The notes under the pieces are model-generated. The model was not told the origin of the DNA. It ran no database searches and saw only the letters and a program-made list of their open reading frames with translations. Shown one piece after another: positions 28,060 to 37,348 of a DNA stretch of 64,000 nucleotides. Location of the stretch: NCBI GenBank assembly GCA_036507635.1, contig DATCIQ010000327.1, positions 19,008-83,007 of the forward strand, read 5' to 3'. Position 1 is the first letter of the stretch, and each line of letters begins with the position of its first letter. Made by a program: the position numbers and the translations under genes. This stretch comes from Gammaproteobacteria bacterium. Its GTDB lineage: Bacteria > Pseudomonadota > Gammaproteobacteria > Steroidobacterales > Rariloculaceae.

Positions 28060-30582
28060 GTGGATACATTGATCTGGCTGCTCGTTCTCGTCGGCGCCCC
28101 GATTGCGCTCGCGTACCGTCGCACGGACTTGAAGAGCGCGACACTGATCTTGGGTCTCGTGCTTTTCATCTACAGTTGGCTCGGCGACGGCGGCTTTCTG
28201 TGGACGACGTTCCTGTGGGTCTTGTTCGCCAGTCTCGTCGCGCTGAACTTGATCGACTTTCGGCGGCGCTCCGTGAGCCTACCGCTGCTCGGGGTCTTTC
28301 GACGCATGCTGCCGACGATGTCGAAGACCGAGCAGGATGCGCTCGAAGCCGGCAATGTGTGGTGGGAAGGCGAGCTATTCTCCGGCATGCCGCACTGGCA
28401 AAAGTTGCTGCGCCTGCCGCTGCCGCGGCTCAGCAACGAGGAGCAAGCTTTCCTCGACGGCCCCGTCGAGGAGCTGTGCCGCATGCTCGACGACTGGCAG
28501 ATTACGCACGAGCTCGCGGACATGCCCGCCGAAGTCTGGGATTACCTCAAGAAGAAACGCTTCTTCGCGATGATCATCCCGAAGGAGTACGGCGGGTTGG
28601 GTTTCTCGCCGCTCGCCTGCTCGATGGTATTGACCAAAGTGTCGTCGCGAAATGCGACCGCATCGTCGACGATCGGCGTGCCGAATTCGCTCGGTCCCGC
28701 GGAGCTCTTGCTCCACTACGGCACCGAAGACCAGAAGCAGCGTTGGCTGCCGGGACTTGCGAGCGGCGACGAGGTGCCGTGCTTTGCGCTGACCTCGCCG
28801 CGCGTCGGCTCCGATGCGACCGCGATCGTCGACACGGGCGTGGTTTGTCGCGGCACGTTTGAAGATAAGGACGTCGTCGGCATTCGCTTGAACTGGGAGA
28901 AGCGCTACATCACGCTGGCGCCGATCGCGACGGTACTAGGGCTTGCCTTCAAGCTCTCCGACCCCGAGCACTTGATCGGCGACCGTGACGAGTACGGGAT
29001 CACTGCGGCGCTCGTCCCGACCACACTGCCCGGCATCGAGATCGGCCGCCGGCATTTCCCCATCAATATCCCGTTCCAGAACGGCCCGACGCGCGGCAAG
29101 GATGTCTTCATCCCGGTGGAATACATCATCGGCGGGCCGAAGATGGCGGGCGAGGGCTGGCGCATGCTGGTCCAGCAGCTTGCCGTCGGCCGCGGCATCG
29201 TGTTGCCGAGTAACGCGTTGGGTGGGGCGCTCGCGAGCGTTTATGCGGCCGGCGCCTACGCGCGCATACGCCGCCAGTTCGGTTTGCCGATCGGTAAGTT
29301 TCACGGCGTCGGTGAGGCGCTCGCGCGAATGGCGGGCTACGTCTATACGATGACGGCCGCGTCGCGCGTGACTTGCACGGCCTTGAGCACGGGCGAGCGG
29401 CCGGCGGTGCCCTCGGCCATTCTCAAGTACCACAATACCGAAATGGCGCGCGTCGTCGCCAACGACGCCATGGACGTGCATGGCGGCAAAGCGATCATGT
29501 TGGGGCCGAAGAACTATCTTGCGCGCAACTACGAATCGGTTCCGATCGCGATCACCGTCGAAGGCGCCAACATTCTGACGCGCAACCTCATCATATTCGG
29601 CCAAGGTGCAATTCGCTGCCATCCGTTCGTGCGCGCCGAGATGGATGCCGCACGCGACACGGATGCCGCGCGCGGCTTGGCGAGGTTCGACGAGCTCCTC
29701 TTCAAGCACGTCGGCTATGCGCTCTCGAACGCGGCGCGCTCGCTGGTATTGGCGCTGACGCTCGCGAGGTTTACCGACGTTCCCGCGGGAGGACGCACGC
29801 GGCGCTTCTATCAGCAGATCAATCGCTTCAGCGCTTCGTTCGCGCTCGCCGCGGATGCGGCGATGCTGACGCTCGGCGGCGAGTTGAAGCGCAAAGAGCT
29901 CCTGTCGGCGCGCCTCGGCGATGTTTTGAGCTATTTGTACCTGGCTTCGATGGTGCTCAAGCACTATCGCGATCAAGGCGAGCCCGAGGACGATTTTCCG
30001 TTGGTCGAATGGTCGTGCCGGACTCTGTTGTACAAAACGCAAGAACAGTTGCACGGACTGCTGCGGAATTTCCCGAACCGCATCGTCTCGGGACTGCTGC
30101 GATTCGCCGTGTTTCCTCGCGGCCGTACCTTTTCGGCGCCGTCCGACGAGCTCGGTCAACGTCTCGTCGAGCTCGTCATCAACCCGACGCCGACGCGCGG
30201 CCGGCTCGCCGATTGCGCGTACACGACGCTCGAGCCCGGTAACCCGCTGGGCCAACTTCAGCAGGCCCTGGAAATGGCCGAGCAAGTCAAGCCCCTCGAA
30301 CGCCGCGTCTTCGACGCCAAGCGCGCCGGCGAGATCGAGAGTGAGGACACGCCCGGTCAAATCGATGAGGCCGAGCGCAAAGGCCTCATTACGCGCGAAG
30401 AAGCGGCCGCTATTCGCGCCTTCGACGCACGCGTCATGGAGCTCACGGGCGTCGACGACTTCGATCCCCGTGAGCTCGCACGCGAGCCTCCCGGGGGCGC
30501 CGTCAAATCGCGGGCGTCGCGCGGCAAGAAGAAGACTGGCCGCGCAGATACCGCCGGCGACGCAGGTGACGGTGCCGCGTGA
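28060..30582 (+). CDS. fadE: Acyl-CoA dehydrogenase, FadE type
   Basis: 840 aa with a GTG start, N-terminal TM helices, the ACAD core (FFAMIIPKEYGGLGFS, CFALTSPRVGSDA) and the long FadE-specific C-terminal domain. Confidence 0.9.
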   Translation: MDTLIWLLVLVGAPIALAYRRTDLKSATLILGLVLFIYSWLGDGGFLWTTFLWVLFASLVALNLIDFRRRSVSLPLLGVFRRMLPTMSKTEQDALEAGNVWWEGELFSGMPHWQKLLRLPLPRLSNEEQAFLDGPVEELCRMLDDWQITHELADMPAEVWDYLKKKRFFAMIIPKEYGGLGFSPLACSMVLTKVSSRNATASSTIGVPNSLGPAELLLHYGTEDQKQRWLPGLASGDEVPCFALTSPRVGSDATAIVDTGVVCRGTFEDKDVVGIRLNWEKRYITLAPIATVLGLAFKLSDPEHLIGDRDEYGITAALVPTTLPGIEIGRRHFPINIPFQNGPTRGKDVFIPVEYIIGGPKMAGEGWRMLVQQLAVGRGIVLPSNALGGALASVYAAGAYARIRRQFGLPIGKFHGVGEALARMAGYVYTMTAASRVTCTALSTGERPAVPSAILKYHNTEMARVVANDAMDVHGGKAIMLGPKNYLARNYESVPIAITVEGANILTRNLIIFGQGAIRCHPFVRAEMDAARDTDAARGLARFDELLFKHVGYALSNAARSLVLALTLARFTDVPAGGRTRRFYQQINRFSASFALAADAAMLTLGGELKRKELLSARLGDVLSYLYLASMVLKHYRDQGEPEDDFPLVEWSCRTLLYKTQEQLHGLLRNFPNRIVSGLLRFAVFPRGRTFSAPSDELGQRLVELVINPTPTRGRLADCAYTTLEPGNPLGQLQQALEMAEQVKPLERRVFDAKRAGEIESEDTPGQIDEAERKGLITREEAAAIRAFDARVMELTGVDDFDPRELAREPPGGAVKSRASRGKKKTGRADTAGDAGDGAA

Positions 30583-30652
30583 CCTTGGGGCGCGTCACCG
30601 ACTCTGTGCTAGAGTGACGCGGACAATCGCAAGATTCTCGAGGAGACGTTCC

Positions 30653-31156
30653 ATGTCGACGCGCTCGAGCCTGCTCACGTGCCTCGCGCTGCTGCTCACG
30701 GCCTGCGCTCCGCCGGAGGGCGAAACCGAATCGAGCGCCGTCGGGCCGCCGGCCGCGACGCCAGGTCCCGCTGCCTCACAACCCGCGGCAACCGGCTTGA
30801 CCCGCAAGCCCGCTCCGGCCGGTGCACGCGCCTACATCATCTCGCCCGAGAACGGCGCGACCCTGTCGAACCCCGTCCGCGTCGTATTCGGCCTCTCCGG
30901 CGCCGGCATTGCGCCGGCCGGCATCGTCAAAGCCGACACGGGGCATCATCATTTGCTCGTCGATACGCCGGTGCCGCCGCTCGACCTGCCGATTCCGGCC
31001 GACGAGCGGCACGTGCATTTCGGCGGCGGGCAGACGGAAACGACCGTGACGCTCACGCCCGGCACGCACACGTTACAGATCCTGCTCGGCGATGAGCTCC
31101 ATGTGCCGCACGATCCCCCGTTGCTGTCGGAGGTCGTGACCATCGAGGTGCAGTAG
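30653..31156 (+). CDS. DUF4399-like lipoprotein
   Basis: The ATG at 30653 follows AGGAG. The lipobox is LLLTAC. The conserved core reads GHHHLLVD...HFGGGQTE...LTPGTHTLQILLGD. The upstream part of the track ORF was discarded. Confidence 0.75.
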   Translation: MSTRSSLLTCLALLLTACAPPEGETESSAVGPPAATPGPAASQPAATGLTRKPAPAGARAYIISPENGATLSNPVRVVFGLSGAGIAPAGIVKADTGHHHLLVDTPVPPLDLPIPADERHVHFGGGQTETTVTLTPGTHTLQILLGDELHVPHDPPLLSEVVTIEVQ

Positions 31157-31186
31157 GGCAGTCGCCCGCGCCGCGAGATCCGCATC

Positions 31187-32860
31187 GTGTACACGGAATT
31201 CTTCGGGCTCAACGAGAAGCCCTTTTCCATCAGTCCCGATCCGAGATACCTCTATCTGAGCCGGCGACATGCCGACGCGCTCGCGCACTTGATTTACGGC
31301 ATCTCCGAGAGCGGCGGCTTCATACAGCTCACGGGTGAGGTCGGTACAGGCAAGACGACGCTGATCCGGAGCCTCCTCGAGCAACTCCCTGCGAAGGCCG
31401 AGATCGCCCTGATTCTGAATCCGCAGCTGTCGAAGCAAGAGTTCCTGGAATCGATCTGCCAAGAGCTCAGGATTCCGCTGCCCGCGGAGCGCTCGACGAA
31501 AGCGCTCATCGACAGCTTGAACGTTCAACTGCTCCGCGCCAACGCGCAAGATCGGCGCATCGTCTTGATCGTCGACGAAGCGCAAACCCTGAGCCCCGAG
31601 TTGCTCGAGCAGGTGAGGCTGCTCACGAATCTAGAGACGGCCAAGAAAAAGCTGCTGCAAATTATCCTGATCGGCCAACCCGAGCTTCGCGAGATTCTCG
31701 AACGGCCCGAGATGCGTCAGGTCGCGCAGCGCATCACGGGTCGCTATCACCTGGAACCGCTCAGCGCTCAAGAGACTGCGGTTTACATCAAGCATCGTAT
31801 GCGCGTCGCCGGCGCTCACAGAAACGTGTTCACACCCGCGGCTGTGCGGCGCATTTTCGGCGATTCCAACGGCATCCCACGTCTCATCAACGTGGTCGCC
31901 GACCGCGCCTTGTTGGCCGCGTACACGCAGGAGCGCTCGCAGATCGATCGCCGCCTCGCGCGTCAAGCCGCGTACGAGGTATTCGGCAAGCGCGCAACCC
32001 GCCGCTGGTGGCCGTGGGCCGCGGTCGCGGCCGGCGTCGCCGGGCTAGCGCTGACCACGGCGACGCAATACGACTTGCCGCGCGGCGATCTCGAGCTCCC
32101 CGCAGAGGTCGTGCAAAGCACGGCGGCTGCAGCGGCCGCGCCCAATTCCGCGGTCGACGTCGCGCTTCCGTCGCCTACGAGTGCCGAGGCGGCAGAGACG
32201 ACCGCTACGCCGGCCGTCTCGTCGGTGCCGCGCCGGCGCCTGGCGACCCTGCTCGTCGACGCGGCTTTTCCGACCGACAGCATCAGCGCAACGCGAGCGC
32301 TATTTCAGCTTTGGAATGCGACTTACGAGCCGAGCCGCGGCACGGCGTGCTCGCAGGCCGTCATGCAGGATCTGCAATGCCTTTTCTTGAGCCGCGGCTC
32401 GCTCGGTGAATTGCGCACGCTCAACCGGCCCTCTATTTTGACGCTCGTCGACGCCAACGGCGATAAGCATCAAGTCGTCGTGAGCCGCCTCGACTACGAC
32501 ACGGCTGACCTCGCTACGGAAAATGGCAACGAGCGCGTCGACATCGTCGATCTCACTCACTATTGGTACGGCGAAACTTTGCTGCTGTGGAAGCCGCTTT
32601 TGGCGAGCCCGGAAGATCTTGCGCCAGGCTCGCGCAGCGAGAGCGTGCCGTGGTTGCGCGACGCCCTGCAACGCATCTTCGGCGCGACGATCTTAGGTGA
32701 CGACCCCTTGTACTATGACGAGCAGCTCGCCGAGCGCGTCCGCGAGTTCCAGCGTGGGAATAGACTCACAATCGACGGCGTCGTCGGCGCACAGACGCAG
32801 ATGGCCATGCAAACGGCGCTCGGCGAGCCGGGTATCCCCTTGTTGAGCGAGGCCGACTGA
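31187..32860 (+). CDS. gspA: ExeA/GspA-type AAA ATPase with C-terminal peptidoglycan-binding domain
   Basis: MYTEFFGLNEKPFSISPDPRYLY is followed by Walker A GEVGTGKTT, a central TM helix, and a C-terminal PG-binding repeat (VREFQRGNRLTIDGVVGAQTQMAM). Confidence 0.85.
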   Translation: MYTEFFGLNEKPFSISPDPRYLYLSRRHADALAHLIYGISESGGFIQLTGEVGTGKTTLIRSLLEQLPAKAEIALILNPQLSKQEFLESICQELRIPLPAERSTKALIDSLNVQLLRANAQDRRIVLIVDEAQTLSPELLEQVRLLTNLETAKKKLLQIILIGQPELREILERPEMRQVAQRITGRYHLEPLSAQETAVYIKHRMRVAGAHRNVFTPAAVRRIFGDSNGIPRLINVVADRALLAAYTQERSQIDRRLARQAAYEVFGKRATRRWWPWAAVAAGVAGLALTTATQYDLPRGDLELPAEVVQSTAAAAAAPNSAVDVALPSPTSAEAAETTATPAVSSVPRRRLATLLVDAAFPTDSISATRALFQLWNATYEPSRGTACSQAVMQDLQCLFLSRGSLGELRTLNRPSILTLVDANGDKHQVVVSRLDYDTADLATENGNERVDIVDLTHYWYGETLLLWKPLLASPEDLAPGSRSESVPWLRDALQRIFGATILGDDPLYYDEQLAERVREFQRGNRLTIDGVVGAQTQMAMQTALGEPGIPLLSEAD

Positions 32861-32861
32861 C

Positions 32862-33437
32862 GTGTCCTTCATTCTCGACGCCCTGCGCAAGTCCGAAAGC
32901 GAGCGTCAACGCGAGGCGGCCCCCAGTCTGTCGCAGATTCCGATGGCCGTACCGCGCAGCGGTATGCCGCCCTGGGCATGGGCCGTCATCGCGGCTCTGG
33001 GGTTCTGCGTATTCGTGCTCGCCGCAGCCTGGTGGCAGAGCGCCGCGAACGCGCCCGAGGTCGAGGCCGCGGCGAGCCGTACCGAAGCCGCGCGCGGTAC
33101 TTTGCCGGGCGCCGACTCACAGCAGAGCGCGCCCCCGGCGGGCGCGCTTGAACCTGCGCGCCCACCCGCGCAAGGAGCCTCGGGATCTTCCAGCGACGCG
33201 ACAGGACGCACATTGCCGAGCATTGCGGAAGTGCTCGCCGAAGGCATGGCGCTGCCGCCGCTCGAGCTCCAATTGCTCTCCTACAGCGAAGACTCGGCCG
33301 AGCGGTTCGTGTTCATCAATGGCTTTCAGTATCGCCAGGGTCAGCGTGTCCAGAACGGCCCGCTGATCGTGAACATTTACTCCGAGGGCGTCGTTCTACG
33401 CCACGAGGGGCGGGATTTCGTGTTGCTGCCCGACTGA
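32862..33437 (+). CDS. gspB: General secretion pathway protein B (ExeB-like)
   Basis: MSFILDALRKSESERQ is the typical GspB N-terminus, followed by a TM helix. The gene starts 1 nt after the gspA stop. Confidence 0.7.
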   Translation: MSFILDALRKSESERQREAAPSLSQIPMAVPRSGMPPWAWAVIAALGFCVFVLAAAWWQSAANAPEVEAAASRTEAARGTLPGADSQQSAPPAGALEPARPPAQGASGSSSDATGRTLPSIAEVLAEGMALPPLELQLLSYSEDSAERFVFINGFQYRQGQRVQNGPLIVNIYSEGVVLRHEGRDFVLLPD

Positions 33438-33466
33438 GGGCGGGACTTACGCCGGGTTCCGCCGCC

Positions 33467-34303
33467 TCACGAGCGCAGGCATGTTCCGCGGTGCAACAGC
33501 ACCAATGCGAGCGCGAACAACCCGATGAACGCCGCGAGGATGACTACCAACGCGACTCCCAGCTGCACGTCCGCCGTGCCCAGCATGCCATAGCGGAACG
33601 CGTTGACCATGTAGAGAATCGGGTTCGCCAAAGCGACCTTCTGCCAAAACGTCGGCAGCTCCGCGATCGAGAAAAACACACCGCCCAAATAGGTCAACGG
33701 CGTGAGGACGAACGTCGGAATGATCGAGATATCGTCGAAGTTCTTCGCGAACAGCGCATTGATGAGTCCGCCGAGTGAAAACACCATCGCCGTCAGCAGG
33801 ATCACGGCGAGCGTCACAACCGGATGCTCGACGTGCAGATCGCTAAAGAACAGCGCAACCACGGTCACGAGCGCCGCGACGAGCGCGCCGCGCGCCACGC
33901 CGCCGACCATGTACCCGACGACGATCGTCGCAGAGGACAGCGGCGCCACGAGCATCTCCTCGAGGTGCAGCTGCAGCTTCCCCGAGAAGAACGACGAGAC
34001 GACGTTGCCGAACGAGTTAGTGATGACGGCCATCATGATGAGCCCCGGCGCAATGAACGTCGTATACGGCAGGCCGTCCATCTCGCCGATGCGGCGGCCG
34101 ACCAGGCTCCCGAAGATGATGAAGTACAGTGTCATCGTGATGGCCGGCGGCACGACCGTCTGCACCCAAATCCTGACGACGCGCCGGACTTCCTTGCGGA
34201 CGATCGTCGCCAGGCCGATCACGTTGGTCTTGAGCAAGCTCGGCGCGCTGGCGCGCGATGCAGACGAGAAGGCCGCGGGCGGAAACTCCTCGATCGCGCT
34301 CAC
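33467..34303 (-). CDS. ABC-2 type exporter permease (YadH-like)
   Basis: 278-aa six-TM ABC-2 membrane protein. There is a 4-nt overlap with the upstream ATPase gene. Confidence 0.85.
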   Translation of the reverse strand: MSAIEEFPPAAFSSASRASAPSLLKTNVIGLATIVRKEVRRVVRIWVQTVVPPAITMTLYFIIFGSLVGRRIGEMDGLPYTTFIAPGLIMMAVITNSFGNVVSSFFSGKLQLHLEEMLVAPLSSATIVVGYMVGGVARGALVAALVTVVALFFSDLHVEHPVVTLAVILLTAMVFSLGGLINALFAKNFDDISIIPTFVLTPLTYLGGVFFSIAELPTFWQKVALANPILYMVNAFRYGMLGTADVQLGVALVVILAAFIGLFALALVLLHRGTCLRS

Positions 34304-35259
34304 GCTGCGGCGTCCTCGTGCTTATTCTCGACCAAGCGGATGAACAGCTCCTCGAGACGATTGGTCTTGGTACGCATGCTGACCACGTCGATGGCCATGG
34401 CGTCGAGCTCGGCGAACAGCCGGTTGAGCCCCTGATTCTTGGCGACCTCGACTTCGATCTCGTGCTCGTTGCGCAGCCTGACCGTGTAGCCATGGAGCAC
34501 GGGCGCCTCCGCAACTCGGTCGCACAAGCTCAGCACGAACACCTCGCGCTGCAGCTTTCTGACGACGTTCGCCATCGTGTCGTTCTCGATGATTCGCCCC
34601 TCGTCGATGATGCCGATGTTGCGGCACAAGCTTTCCGCCTCCTCGAGATAGTGCGTAGTCAGTATGATCGTGACGCCTGCCGCGTTGATCTCCCGCATGA
34701 GATCCCACATGGAGCGGCGGATCTCGATATCCACGCCCGCTGTCGGCTCGTCGAGGATCAAAAGTCTCGGCTCATGAACGAGCGCCCGCGCAATCATGAG
34801 GCGGCGCTTCATGCCGCCGGAGAGCGTGCGCGCGATGTCGTCACGCCGGTCCCACAGATGCAGGGCCCGCAAATACTTCTCGGCGCGCTCCTTCGCCACG
34901 CGGGGCGGGATGCCGTAATAACCCGCTTGATTGACGAGCGTGTCGAAGTTGCGCTCGAACATGTTGAGGTTGACTTCCTGCGGCACGACGCCGATGCACG
35001 CCTTGACCGCTTCGCGGCGCCTGTCGAGATCGTGGCCGAAAACCTCGACCGTGCCGCTCGTCTTATTGACGAGCGAGGTCATGATGCCGATCACGGTCGT
35101 CTTGCCGGCGCCGTTAGGCCCGAGCAACGCGTAGAAGTCGCCTTCCTTGACGGTGAGGTCGATGCCTTTGAGGGCGGCCGTGCCGTTGCGGTAGACCTTG
35201 TGCAGGTCCCTGATGTTCAGTGCATCCATGTCGCGCGCGTGGGCCATACGGTCCGTCAA
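34300..35259 (-). CDS. ABC exporter ATP-binding protein (YadG-like)
   Basis: Walker A GPNGAGKTT, signature LSGGMKRR and Walker B LILDEPTAG. The exact start is uncertain, with several in-frame ATGs within the first 11 codons. Confidence 0.9.
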   Translation of the reverse strand: MTDRMAHARDMDALNIRDLHKVYRNGTAALKGIDLTVKEGDFYALLGPNGAGKTTVIGIMTSLVNKTSGTVEVFGHDLDRRREAVKACIGVVPQEVNLNMFERNFDTLVNQAGYYGIPPRVAKERAEKYLRALHLWDRRDDIARTLSGGMKRRLMIARALVHEPRLLILDEPTAGVDIEIRRSMWDLMREINAAGVTIILTTHYLEEAESLCRNIGIIDEGRIIENDTMANVVRKLQREVFVLSLCDRVAEAPVLHGYTVRLRNEHEIEVEVAKNQGLNRLFAELDAMAIDVVSMRTKTNRLEELFIRLVENKHEDAAA

Positions 35260-35295
35260 CGGCGCGTATTCTACGCCCCGTTACCCCCGAAGAGA

Positions 35296-35883
35296 TCAGG
35301 CCGAGGTTTGCTGCCCGAGCGCGTGCGGCAACGGGATCGGCGTCTGGAGCCGCGGTTGCAGGCCGATTAGCAGCAGTTGGCGGCGCGACTCCGGCCGCGT
35401 TTCGGTCAACAATTTCTGCCAAAGCCGTACGGAGTCCGGGAAAGCGCAGGTCACGAGCTGTCCGGACGCGGACAGGCGCGGCAGATCGGACAGCGTCGTC
35501 GCGCGCAAGGCGCGGAGATCTTGTTCCTCGAGGCCGAGAAACAGCCGGGCTGCGTATGGGCTGTGCCGGCTCATGCTCCAGGCGCTGTGCAGAATCGTCA
35601 GCTGCAACGCCTGCCGCGACGGATGGCCCCCGGAGCGCACATCGGGATCCATGACGCGCAGCGATCTCGCGGACGAGAGGCACAGTTGAAACAAAGCTCG
35701 CGGGAAGGCGGCGAGCATCTCGAGGCAAGCCGGTGGCGCCGCGGAGAGCAGCACGACGGCGGCCCGCCCGAGGCCGAGGCATTCCTCCCCGACGCGAGCT
35801 CGCGTTTGTAAGGAATCGAGAAACAAACGATTGAGCGCGCGGATTTCTTCGACGTGGTCAGTGCTCGCGAGGAATGGAGGCAT
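35296..35883 (-). CDS. Protein with two tandem FlhD-like helical domains (putative fused FlhD pseudo-dimer)
   Basis: 195 aa. Residues about 115-150, RLFLGLEEQDLRALRATTLSDLPRLSASGQLVTCAF, align by eye with E. coli FlhD [37 protein letters not shown]. A weaker first copy sits at about residues 11-68 (IRALNRLFLDSLQ...LGLGRAAVVLLSAAPPACLEMLAAFPRALFQLCL). The gene is divergent from an FlhC-like gene. Confidence 0.5.
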   Translation of the reverse strand: MPPFLASTDHVEEIRALNRLFLDSLQTRARVGEECLGLGRAAVVLLSAAPPACLEMLAAFPRALFQLCLSSARSLRVMDPDVRSGGHPSRQALQLTILHSAWSMSRHSPYAARLFLGLEEQDLRALRATTLSDLPRLSASGQLVTCAFPDSVRLWQKLLTETRPESRRQLLLIGLQPRLQTPIPLPHALGQQTSA

Positions 35884-35903
35884 GGAAGGACCTTTTTTTG
35901 AGT

Positions 35904-35942
35904 GTAGTTACCATATATGGTCCTAAATTACCATTAGTAGTT
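35904..35942. promoter_or_regulatory. AT-rich repeat/palindrome cluster in the divergent FlhD-like/FlhC-like intergenic region
   Basis: The perfect palindrome ACCATATATGGT is at 35910-35921. TTACCAT occurs twice (35908-35914 and 35928-35934), as does GTAGTT (35904-35909 and 35937-35942). The 109-bp spacer is conspicuously AT-rich. Confidence 0.35.
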
Positions 35943-35992
35943 GATATAGGCTAAGGTCACGAATATCGCGGGTTAGGGGGGAAACGAGAGCC

Positions 35993-36535
35993 ATGCGTGC
36001 GACCGACGATCGATATCGAGGAGAACAGGCTAAGTTCGAGCTTGCCGTGCGAATGATCAACCTCGAGGCACGAACCGGCACCATCCGCTACTGGACAGGC
36101 TTGAGCGACGACCGCATCCGTAAGCTCTACGCGTCCTATTTCAAGTTCGGCGGGCAACCCGTGCGCCGGCGCCGCGGCCGGTCGCCGACGCAAATCGGCC
36201 CGCTCGTGCGCAATACGGGCAGGGCGCTAGAATCCGGTGTGCTCGCGAACTTGCTGCTCGCCAACGGGCTCATCGATTGGGAGCGTCCCGGGTACCCGCC
36301 ACTCAAGAATAACGTCGACCTCGGGCATAGATTTTGCGAGTGCTTCGAGACTTACTGCTTGCTCGTGCCGCGGCCCTTGTTGTCGTTCGAATGGAGCTGG
36401 AATTTGCTCGTCAGCATGCGCCGCGGGGAAGAGCTCGGGGTCGTGCGCTGCGCCGATTGCGCTATCTGCTACATTACCGACTTGCTGTCGCTGCCGAAGA
36501 GCGCCTGTCCGGGTTGCGCCATCATCGCGCAGTAA
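35993..36535 (+). CDS. FlhC-like Cys4 zinc transcriptional regulator
   Basis: 180 aa. The N-terminus AKFELAVRMINLEARTGTIRYWTGLSDDRIRKLY matches FlhC [32 protein letters not shown]. The C-terminus LSFEWSWNLLVSMRRGEELGVVRCADCAICYIT...SACPGC matches FlhC [32 protein letters not shown]...FACSLC, with nearly the same CxxC-N15/16-CxxC spacing. Confidence 0.7.
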   Translation: MRATDDRYRGEQAKFELAVRMINLEARTGTIRYWTGLSDDRIRKLYASYFKFGGQPVRRRRGRSPTQIGPLVRNTGRALESGVLANLLLANGLIDWERPGYPPLKNNVDLGHRFCECFETYCLLVPRPLLSFEWSWNLLVSMRRGEELGVVRCADCAICYITDLLSLPKSACPGCAIIAQ

Positions 36536-36577
36536 CGCGCCCCGTCATGCGACCGGTGGCGCAAGGGTCTCGACGCT

Positions 36578-37348
36578 ATGTGTCTCATTGCACTTGGCCT
36601 TCACGCTGCGCGCGACTACTCGTTCGTGCTCGCGGCGAACCGTGACGAGAGACACGCGCGTCCGACGGCAGCCGCCGATTGGTGGCCGAATCGACCGTCG
36701 ATACTCGGGGGCCGCGACCTCGTGGCCGGCGGCAGCTGGCTCGCGGTCGATCGGCGCGCTCGCGTGGCCGCGGTCACGAACTACTTCGAAGCCGGGGCCG
36801 CGCCGGGCGTCGAGTCGCGCGGGCTGCTCGTAGCCCGCTTTCTGCGCGAAGGGACGGAAGCGCATCACTTCAGCGCAGAGCTCAAGCCCGCGCTCCAGCG
36901 TTTCGGCGGCTTCAATTTGTTGCTGTTCGACGGCCGGCGCCTGCAATACGCGAGCAATCGCGCGCCCGCCCGCGAGCTCGGCAACGGCATCCACGCGTTC
37001 GGCAACGCCGCTCCCGGCGCCGACTGGCCGAAGATTCGCCGCGCGCGCGCAGGCCTCGCGGAATGGCTTGCAAGCGGTGCCGCAATGGAAACACTGTTCG
37101 ACTTATTGGCGGAGCAGACGCACGGCACGGCGGGTGCGGAAGCGCATCGCCGCTCCTTGTTCATTCGCGGCAATGAGTTCGGCACGCGCAGCTCCACGGT
37201 GCTGCTGGTGCGTCGCGACGGCACGGCGGTTTTCGTCGAGCGGCGATTCGACTGCGCGGGCGAATGGGATGGCGAAAGCCGCTACGAGTTCGAGCTTGAG
37301 AGTGCGCCCGACATCACCCGCGACGCGCTCACTGCAGACGCCCCTTGA
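36578..37348 (+). CDS. NRDE family protein (TANGO2/DUF833-like)
   Basis: MCLIALGLHAARDYSFVLAANRDERHARPT shows the N-terminal Cys and the NRDE motif. GGSWLAV follows. Confidence 0.8.
   Translation: MCLIALGLHAARDYSFVLAANRDERHARPTAAADWWPNRPSILGGRDLVAGGSWLAVDRRARVAAVTNYFEAGAAPGVESRGLLVARFLREGTEAHHFSAELKPALQRFGGFNLLLFDGRRLQYASNRAPARELGNGIHAFGNAAPGADWPKIRRARAGLAEWLASGAAMETLFDLLAEQTHGTAGAEAHRRSLFIRGNEFGTRSSTVLLVRRDGTAVFVERRFDCAGEWDGESRYEFELESAPDITRDALTADAP

Noticed and set aside
28936-30360. 474-aa ORF on the minus strand
   Set aside because: It is antisense to fadE and has no recognisable domains. It is a GC-rich shadow ORF.
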